From Octopus vulgaris (Eukaryota), in the NCBI GenBank assembly GCA_951406725.2, contig OX597837.1, positions 41,912,001 to 41,976,000 on the forward strand: a DNA stretch of 64,000 bases. The letters are read 5' to 3'. The translations under genes and the position numbers were made by a program. The stretch's first letter is position 1, and each line of letters opens with the position of its first letter. Positions 55,244 through 64,000 of this stretch are shown piece after piece. Under the pieces are notes generated by a model. It made no database searches. It saw nothing but the letters and a program-made list of their open reading frames with translations, and had not been told where the DNA came from.

Positions 55244-55495
55244 ATCAGTTCAAAAACAAAAGATACAGTGAACTAGGGTGTGGGGAGTGAAAAGACTAAT
55301 GTTTCAGTAAGAGCCCTTCTTAAATGAAAAGCCAACAGGGGTTTCTCTTTAATTTTACCCCGGTCGACTTTTCCCTGAAGAACTGTACCCGACATGTTGG
55401 ACTTTCCATTGCCTATGTACTATTTTTGTCAACTTTACTAAAGAATACAAGTCTTACTGACGCAGACCAACATGAGTCTCTTTTGATTCTGTTCT

Positions 55496-55542
<47 letters not shown>

Positions 55543-56260
55543 TAGTCTGGGAGGCAGAGCTGATTAACTTTATGAAAAGAAAACGTCAGTTCATATTTTT
55601 TTTTTTTTTTTTTTTTTTTTGGTATTTTACTATGCCACAACCATTCAATGTTAATTATATTAATTTCAGTTTTACAATAAAATAATACAGGACTATCATA
55701 GTTCCTCTTACATAGTCTGAACCTAATTCTTCAAATTAATAATTTTTTGCCGTGTTATTGTTTGAGATAATCAACAATGTGGTGAATATAATAAAATTTT
55801 CAAAGGGGAAAAAAAACAACAAAAAGACAAAGTAAAGAGAAATCAAAGATAATCAAGCATGCTGTCCATCCTCTGCTGTATAATATATTAATGTGTATAT
55901 AATAGATATAAACAGTCCCAATTTATTTTGCACAATAATAACATTTAAACATGGATGGCTGGGTCAATAATAGAATAATGAAGAACAAGCTGGAAGATTA
56001 ATAATTAATCTCCAGTCTGTGGCATTGTGATGTAATATTTTGCTCTTAGTGACCATCTTTGCCAAACTCAAAAGAATGCACCAGCATGGCCTTGGTTGTG
56101 GTGATGATGGTTAAAAACAAATCAAAGAACAAAAAAAAAATAATCTAAGTGGTTCCTCGATATAAACTAAATTGTTTAACTTGTATTGTTGATAAATGAA
56201 AGGACTGCTAATGTCACCGATAACATGAACCAACAGCAATTAGTGAGGGTTGATTATGAC

Positions 56261-56865
56261 ATCATCATCATCATCGTTTAGTGTCCGCTTTCTGTGCTAG
56301 CATGGGTTGGACGGTTCAACTGGGGTCTGGGAAGCCAGAAGGCTGCACCAGGCACCAGTCTGATCTGGCAATGTTTCTACGGCTGGATGCCCTTCCTAAC
56401 ACCAACCACCCCGTGAGTGTAGTGGGTGCTTTTTACATGCCAGACAAGGCTGGCAAACGGCCACGATCAGATGGTGCTTTTTACGTGCCACCAGCACGGA
56501 GGCCAGATGAGGTTGGCAAACGGCCACGATCGGATGGTGTTTTTTACGTGCCACAGGCACAGGTGCCAGGTGAGGCTGGCAATAGCTACGATCAGATAGT
56601 GCTTTTTACGTACCACCGGCACGGAGGCCAGGCAAGGCTGGCAATGGCAACGATCGGATGGTGCTTTTTACGTGCCACTGGCACAGGTGCCAGGCGAGGC
56701 TGGCAACGGCCATGATCAGATGGTGCTTTTTATATTCCACCAGCACAGAGGCCAGTTGGGGTGGCGCTGGAAACAGCCACGTTCGGATGGTTCTCTTACG
56801 TGCCACCGGCACTGGTATCACAGCTACAATTTCCATTGATGTTGATCGATTTCAATTTTGATTTT
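56261..56865 (-). mobile_element. Family C retroposon with ~7 internal ~62-bp repeats
   Basis: GGTGCTTTTTACGTGCC-like motif at ~56426, 56473, 56536, 56598, 56660, 56722 and 56788. Confidence 0.8.
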
Positions 56866-58736
56866 TTGACAAGGAACAATAAGAAGAAGCAGGCCCTAGC
56901 TTTTAAAAAGAACAAAATAACAGTAACGTCATTGTTGTACGGATTATGGTAGCATTGCATATGAGTTGATCAAAGCTACTTAAGGACAGCAGTGACTCCA
57001 GTGTGACCTTTTAATTAGTGTAGCACAATATGACATGACAAAACTGATGAATGATTGGCTAGTTTGCAGAGCTAAATTCGATTATTCCCAAAGAAAAATA
57101 ACATCAGTGACACCTTGGTATGCTCTCCAGGAGATATTTGTTTGTTAAGATTATAATTTTCTTAGTAATTAAAGGTGATTTTTAACTCTCACTGCGCAGA
57201 TTAAATTTATGCCTTCCATTCATTCCCAAGATGGTGATGTAATGTAACACGCTAATCATATGCAAATCAGTTCTTGCAATCCCTTTCCGTTGTCCAGAAA
57301 AAACAACAAAAACGGGCATCATATGAACTGTAAAGAAACCTGGAAAGTACCCCACTATCAAAAAGAAGTTGACTCAGTTCCTGTGCCTCAGGTGCACATG
57401 CATGGAACCAAGTATACTCAGTTCCTGCGCATATTGCATTTGAAGACCAACTGCACACCACATACAATGAAGTGGAGAATCGTGGAGAAATTGATGCCAT
57501 TTGTAAATCTTCCTCATCATTTAACGTCTGTCTTCCACACTAGCATGGTTTGGATGGTTTGACAGGAGCTGGCCAGGTAGACTACACCAGGCTACTGTGT
57601 TGGTCTTGGCATGGCCTTTATGGTTGGATACCCTTCCTAACAACACCAATTACCTCAAAGAGTGAACTGAGTGCTTTTTATTTAAATGGATCTAAAAAAT
57701 GCAGCTTATGTGTAGCTGAAAGATCACACATTCTTTTTAGGTCCAAGGATTCCACCACACTAATTCCAAATCTGAAATTTCCAGCAAATGCAAACGTAAG
57801 GACAAATTTCTTTTGGTGAACTGGAGGACACCCCACCTCTCTGGATTGAGCAGCTGTGTCTTCTACTATAGCTCCAGATCAACCAAAGCCTTGTAAGTGG
57901 ATTTAGTAGACAAAATTCGAAAGAAGCCCATTGTGTGTGCATGTGTGTGTGTGCATACACACTTCTATGTGTCTGTTATGTGTCTCCTTGCCTTAACATT
58001 GCATGATAGTTACAAGCAAGTTATATCACCCTCATGCAAGTAGTGCCCTTTGTTTCCCATATTCCGAGATATACTTAGTCATGGGAAAATATTACCTTAT
58101 TTGAAATGGGTGAAAGTTAGCAGCACAAAGGGCTGTAGAAAGTCTGCCCCATGCAATCACAGAAAGTAGGCATTAAAATCATGATGAAATACACACATAC
58201 ATACATATACACATACATACACGCATACATATGACAAGCTGCTTTCTGTTGCTATCTGACAAATCCATTCACAAGGTCACCAACCATTTCCATCTCTGCA
58301 TCAATTAGTTTTGACTGTCGCCTGAAGCATTGTGCTGGTTCTTACAGCTGATATTTTCAACACTAATTGGAATCGGTAACACTTCAGACAAACATATATC
58401 ATTCAAATTCTTCGTTACGTCAAAATTAAATTCAGGATAACTTTCATTTATACAGAGTTGATCTCATACTGGTAAATACTTGTTTAAAATAACACAAATA
58501 AATGAAGCAAAGTTGCAAATAATGACAGAGTCAACCGTAGCAATAAATCCCATCATGTTATAGTCAGAACTACCTTATAGACAAGCTGTTTCCTCTCTAT
58601 GTCTCTTTTACTGCTACTACTACAGCCACTGTTCCTTTGAACTGGCTAACCATATACTCCCACCATTTCTTGCCCCCCGCCTCTCCACTTTCTCTAATTC
58701 CACTTAATGAAATAAGCCTCTCCTCATTTTGTAACT

Positions 58737-59418
58737 CATCATCATCATTGTTCGACCATGGTCGAGACAATGGAATTTACGATGCTACGCCAGACTTCAC
58801 GGTCCGTCATAGCACTACGGAGGTCCTGTTGCTGGATGCCTGTATCCCTGGAGATTACATCAGGGTAGGAGAGTGTGCACCCTCTGGTATCGCAAGCAGA
58901 TGACTTCCAGAGGAGAATAATAATAATAACAATAATAATAATAATAATAATAATCATTGTTTGACCGTGGTTGAGACGATGGAATTTACCATGCTAAGCC
59001 AGACCTCACGGTCCATCATAACACTAGGGAGGTCCTGTTGCTGGATGCCTGTATCCCTGGAGATTACATCAGGGTAGGAGAGTGTGCGCCCTCTGGTGTT
59101 GCGAGTAGATGTCTTCCAGAGGAGAAGAGTAGAAATTACTTCTTTTTCAGCTCTACAACAATGTCCAGCAAACTGGACTCTCCTACCTTTCACAAGAGAT
59201 GACACAGGTGGTAATTTCCCATATATTTGCATTTTGTTTGGATGACGCTTCCACGAGAGATTTTGAGCTCTCATAAGGAGGCGAGTGTAGGTTCCATCCA
59301 ACCGCCTCTCAAGCTTCTTTGATAATGTCCAGGTTTCTGAGCCATAGAGTAGAATTGGTTCGACTGTGGCTTTGAAGATTTCAAGTTTGAAGTCTCTACT
59401 TAGACTTGATGACCAGAT
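58737..59418 (-). mobile_element. Two head-to-tail 5'-truncated RTE-like LINE fragments (58737-58915; 58917-59418)
   Basis: IWSSSLSRDFKLEIFKATVEPILLYGSETWTL...FAGHCCRA...MVNSIVSTTVKQ*. Same family as 31641-32067; (TGA)n and (TTA)n tails. Confidence 0.9.
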
Positions 59419-59822
59419 GTGACTGATAGAATAAGTACCAAACTTAAAAAGGGAAAATAGGTACCACCGAGATTGAGAGCAAACCCTTCTATGTGGTGCT
59501 TCAGCATAGCCACACAGTTCAGTGACTGAAACAACTAAATGACAAAAGAGAAAAAGACTCCTGCCTTCCACCATGACCACCACCACCACCAAAACTATGC
59601 AAACCTTGAAGTCTCTACTTAGATTTGATGACCAGATGTGACTGATAGAATAAGTACCAAACTTAAAAAGGGAAAATAGGCACCACCGGAGATTGAGAGC
59701 AAACTCTTCCAGGTGGTGCTCCAGCATAGCCACGCAGTTCAGTGACTGAAACAACTAAATGACACAAGAGAAGAAGACTCCTGCCTTCCACCACGACCAC
59801 CACCACCAAAACTATGCAAACC
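59387..59822. repeat. 219-bp tandem duplication (LINE 5' junction plus family A tail remnant)
   Basis: TTGAAGTCTCTACTTAGA...AACTATGCAAACC at 59387-59605 and 59606-59822. Confidence 0.9.
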
Positions 59823-59854
59823 TTTTTCGAGATAAAATAAAGAATGTGTCTTAC

Positions 59855-60054
59855 TTGAGCTCTGTGGCCAACTGTTTAAGTTCGATATTCTGTTTGCGGA
59901 GTCTGTCTAATTCATCCATTGCATGGCGTAATTGCCGTTCTGTACGATGTGATGTATCGGTGTTTTGGAACACTGTGCTGCTCATGTACATCATTATGAC
60001 CAGCCAGAACCCTAGCAGGGCAGCTACCACCTTCCATGTCCGCATGCTACTCAT
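59855..60054 (-). CDS. FUT8: Alpha-(1,6)-fucosyltransferase, first coding exon (cytoplasmic tail, type II TM anchor, start of coiled-coil stem)
   Basis: Translates MSSMRTWKVVAALLGFWLVIMMYMSSTVFQNTDTSHRTERQLRHAMDELDRLRKQNIELKQLATEL(K). This matches the FUT8 N-terminus as I recall it (human [27 protein letters not shown]...[28 protein letters not shown]). Acceptor ttttttccctttag is at 60063-60064, so the exon starts at 60062 with 8 nt of UTR. Donor AA|gtaaga follows 59855 (phase 2). The true start may be the second ATG at 60045. Confidence 0.9.
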
Positions 60055-60166
60055 GCATCACCCTAAAGGGAAAAAAATAAAATAAAAAGAAAAAATGAAG
60101 TGTGAGTAAAAAATATATATAAAACAACACATTATAGAAAGTTAAAAAATAAAACAAAAGAAATCT

Positions 60167-60595
60167 TTACGGAGATGTACTTGCATAGCAAGTGACCTGT
60201 TCTGAGATTGTGTGCTGGAACGAAAACAACTGCAGCGTGGAAGGTGTTTGTAAGCCATTTAAGAAACACACAAAAACCGTTAGATTCACTTCAACATTTA
60301 AATTTAATTTGTCAAAATATTTTCATTGCTTTGAGACCGTGACCTGTTCACAGACAAAATTCCGTGCTATATATATATATATATATATATATATTACGGA
60401 GATGTACTTGCAAAGCAAGTGACCTGATCTGAGATCGTGTGCTGAAACGAAAACAACTGCAGCGTGGAAGGTGTTTGTAAGCCATTTAAGAAACACAAAA
60501 ACCGTTAGATTCACTTCAACATTTAAATTTAATTTATCAAAATATTTTCAGTGCTTTGAGACCGCGACCTGTTCACTGACAAAAATCCGTGCTGC
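60167..60595. repeat. Two direct copies of an unclassified ~200-bp interspersed repeat separated by (TA)n
   Basis: TTACGGAGATGTACTTGCA.AGCAAGTGACC...GACAAAA.TCCGTGC at 60167 and 60394; a diverged copy at ~62788-62985. Confidence 0.85.
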
Positions 60596-61977
60596 ATCTC
60601 TTCCACTCAGCAAAAGAAATCTGTCATTAAATAAAATCTTCAAAAGAATGTGGATGTGTAATAAATTATTTCTTTGGCTGCAATGAAGATGGAGATTTTT
60701 TTTATTTTGCTATGTTTTAGCCTTTTTTTTAAAGTGGTTTTTGTGTCTTCTCTGCAAAGAAGTAAACACTTTGGTGAAGTGAAATGATCCAACACTGGAT
60801 TTGAAATGAAAATCCAGGAACACAATTCATCAAGGATACTTACTACTACACAACAGCATGTGTGTGTGTGGGTATCTATATATATCATCATTATCATCAT
60901 TTAATGTCCTTTTTTCCATGCTGGCATGGGTTGGACAGATAACCATAGGGCTACAAACTGGCTGAATCGTATAGCAAAATTAATCAATAGAGTAGCGTAT
61001 GGAAAAATTAGTCAATAAACTATATAATTATAAATTATTTTATTTTATTTGCTAAAATAAGTCAGAAACCATGGTCCAGGAAATAGGTGGTAAATAGTTT
61101 TTATTTTTCATTCCCTTCGAGAATTTACCCCTAATTAGTGGTTTGGTCTTTAGCTGTTCCTTCTAGCGTAAGGGATTCCTATGATGGAAACCTCTCAATG
61201 TATTTTATATATATATACTGTATTTTACACACACACACACACACTGTATTCACTCATCTGAAAGTTGCATCACTAATTTAGTGTTATATTTTGGTACAAG
61301 TTTTTTCCTGTCATAGTTTTAGCTTCGAGCTGTGTAGAAGTCGCACCCTAGTTTTTTCAGTTAAAAATCAACTTTTGAGTAAATACGCCATATAAATACG
61401 CATATAAATATATAGACGTTGATTGTTTATATCAAGTTATAAATATAAAAATGATCTCACACTAAACTGAAGTTATTTCATACAATACTTTTGGGTACTG
61501 TGCATGTTTATTAAACTTTTACAATTAAAAGGTTGATAGTGACTTTGAAGTTTTAGCATGCTGTTGACAAAGGCAAGCAAACTGAGACTTCAGTCACGGA
61601 CAAACTGTTCCTACTAAAAGTTTAATACACACATACACATACAAAGACAACCGCAAACAAAAATGCCTACAAGCATATATGCATATACATACATACCAAC
61701 ACAAGTGTGTATCTGTGTTCACAGATAAATATAAGAGTTATAAGAGAAAGAAACAAAAAAAAAGAAAAAGGAAATGGAGTAAATGCTTGTTTGCTGAGTG
61801 CAATATAGCTTTTGTTTACAAACACTATAATATTACAATATTACAAGTTTCAGTATTACATGATACATAAGATAACATCTGATGTATTATGTAATGACAA
61901 TATCCAGCTATTAATAGGTTACAAATACACACACACACACATACATTCCGTCCCATATATATATATATATATACACT

Positions 61978-62181
61978 GTGGAGGAGCGTGGTTTAGTGGT
62001 TAGGGTGTCAGCATCATGATCGTAAGATTGTGGTTTTGATTCCTGGACCGGGCAACACGTTGTGTTCTTGAGCAAAACACTTCATTTCACGTTGCTGCTG
62101 TCCACTCAGCTGGCAAAAATGAGTAACGCTGCGATGGACTGGCGTCCCGTCCAGCTGAGGAACACATACGCCATAGAAACC
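61978..62181 (+). mobile_element. tRNA-derived SINE with V-domain-like motif
   Basis: A box TGGTTTAGTGG, B box GGTTTTGATTCC, TGTTCTTGAGCAAAACACTT, then CTGCGATGGACTGGCGTCCCGTCCAG (V-SINE-like). An older copy occurs at ~28870-29010. Confidence 0.7.
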
Positions 62182-62405
62182 TAAGATAAAATATACTATT
62201 TCTGAGATATTTCAGTTACACACAAACATTAGTTTTCTTGATTTCATTTCTTTATTTAAACTATATATATATATGTATGTGTGTATGTATATATATATAT
62301 GTGTGTGTGTGTGTATATATACATATATGTATATGTGTGTATGTGTATATAGATATAAATATATATGTATATATATGTGTGTTTGTGTGTATACATATAT
62401 GTATA

Positions 62406-62447
<42 letters not shown>

Positions 62448-62627
62448 GGGAGAATTTACAAAAAAACAAAAGACGAAGACAGGTGGTGTAGACAACGAAC
62501 AGATGTATTAGTATAATGCTCGGGAAGTGAAAAAGGCTTCAACGTTTCGAGCCTACACTCTTCCACAGAAAGGAACACAGAAAGAAACAAGGAGAGAAAA
62601 TAAAGAATGTATAGTGGCCAGCCCTCT

Positions 62628-62632
<5 letters not shown>
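62448..62632 (-). mobile_element. Penelope-like terminal repeat remnant between (TA)n tracts
   Basis: CTGTGGAA-GAGT-GTAG-GCTC-GAAACG at 62543-62568 resembles the ends of Penelope-like elements. Confidence 0.5.
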
Positions 62633-62678
<46 letters not shown>

Positions 62679-62855
62679 TCTTATTGTCCAAGATGTTGTG
62701 CCACATGACTTACTTGAAACTTTGCAGTTGCAAACTTCTTAATCACAAAGTGATAAAACACACACACACAAACGCTCACACAAATATAAGGGATGTGCTT
62801 GAATGGCAAGTGTTATGATCCGAGATCATCTGTTGGAACTAAAACGACTGCAATG

Positions 62856-63116
62856 TGAAAGACACGAGTTAAGCCATTCAGAAACACACAAAGACGGTTA
62901 ACTTCACTTTAACATTTATTGTATGTAAAACGCTGTCAAAATTTTCCGTGCTTGAAACCGCGACCTGGTCACTGACAAATTGTGCCGCAGTTTTGTGCAG
63001 TGACCAGGTTGCAGCTTCAAGCAATGCAAATTTTGACAGCAGATTACAAACAATAAACGCTTAAGTGAAGCAAATTGTCTTCGGGGTGTTTCTGAATGGC
63101 TAACTTGTGTCTTTCA
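62856..63116. repeat. Imperfect palindrome, ~125-bp arms, centre ~62986
   Basis: TGAAAGACACGAGTTAAGCCATTCAGAAACAC...GACCTGGTCACTG / CAGTGACCAGGT...GTGTTTCTGAATGGCTAACTTGTGTCTTTCA. Confidence 0.85.
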
Positions 63117-63235
63117 TGTTCCAATCATATATATGTGTGTGTGTGTGTGTGTGTATGTGTGTGTATATGTGTGTGTATATATGTGTGCGTGTGTGTATAT
63201 ATATATACATATATACATATATATGTATATATATA

Positions 63236-63267
<32 letters not shown>

Positions 63268-63401
63268 CGCACATATATATGTGTGTGTGTGTGTGTGTGT
63301 GTAAATTTATATCTTATCAATAGATATATACCTATTTATATGTATAGATCTACTTATGTATATATCTATGTATATCCATCTATATATATATATATGCATC
63401 T

Positions 63402-63435
<34 letters not shown>

Positions 63436-63470
63436 CTGTACAAATATATATTTGTGAGTGTGTGCATGCA

Positions 63471-63520
<50 letters not shown>

Positions 63521-64000
63521 TATAATTGCTATTCTTTTGTATACAAGATGAAAGTAATTGCTATTCACTTTTAGCAGGAGGGTGTATGGTCACGTGTGTG
63601 TGGTGTGCACAACAGTGTGTGTGTGTCTGTGTGTGTCTGTCTGTACGTGTATGTTTGTGCTAGTATACTAGGTTTACAATACTACAATACATACTTAAAG
63701 AATCTCTCTCTAACCAACTCCAAAATTAAGACAAATAGACTCTTCAATGCTAAGTGAGATTTAACTGTTAATTGGCACACAATTGTTCAGTATCTTCTCT
63801 GGAGACACAATAGATATCTTTCACAAAAGGAAGGTGACAATATATGAATTGTTCACCTGTTGACTCATAGGTAGGTATCTATTATGAACCTAACCAAGTG
63901 TACAGCTGGCTAGAGTTAAGGTTAAGATATTTAAATTATCTTTCAGCAGCTCCTTATTAGCTTTATGAAGTGTGGAAATAATACAGATTTGCTATAGAAG

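Noticed and set aside
56420-56810. CRISPR-like array
   Set aside because: The intervening sequences are homologous to each other, no cas genes are present, and the context is eukaryotic.
57390-57495. LHLKTNCTPHTMKWRIVEK resembling the region after the Penelope GIY-YIG domain
   Set aside because: Too short and degenerate to support without a profile search.
58954-59754. 266-aa ORF as a gene
   Set aside because: It is a chimera of duplicated SINE remnants and a truncated RTE C-terminus.

Overview
AT-rich, repeat-dense animal DNA. The SINE families and microsatellite load point to an Octopus-type (coleoid cephalopod) genome; this is an inference. The only host gene I can support is alpha-(1,6)-fucosyltransferase (FUT8) on the minus strand. 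Its first coding exon is at 59855-60054 and its second at 15730-15842, separated by a 44,012-bp GT-AG intron. No catalytic-domain exons were found, so they probably lie beyond position 1, and essentially the whole window is FUT8 intron. The introns hold many tRNA-derived SINEs (CORE-like, Meta-like, V-like), a family with an RTE-like tail and internal 62-bp repeats, 5'-truncated RTE LINEs, non-autonomous Helitron, piggyBac, hAT and Tc1-mariner elements, local tandem duplications and long simple repeats. Almost all ORF-track entries are microsatellite or SINE artefacts. The best second-look items are: several long fold-back palindromes inside the FUT8 pre-mRNA (one is ~800 bp, made by two SINEs fused at an internal palindrome); Meta-like SINE multimers with the same junction at separate loci; a frame-preserving 21-nt candidate microexon; and a uORF over the FUT8 start. 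I cannot claim a new biological system with confidence. Repeat boundaries were read by eye and are approximate (about +/-10 bp) unless a TSD or TIR is quoted.
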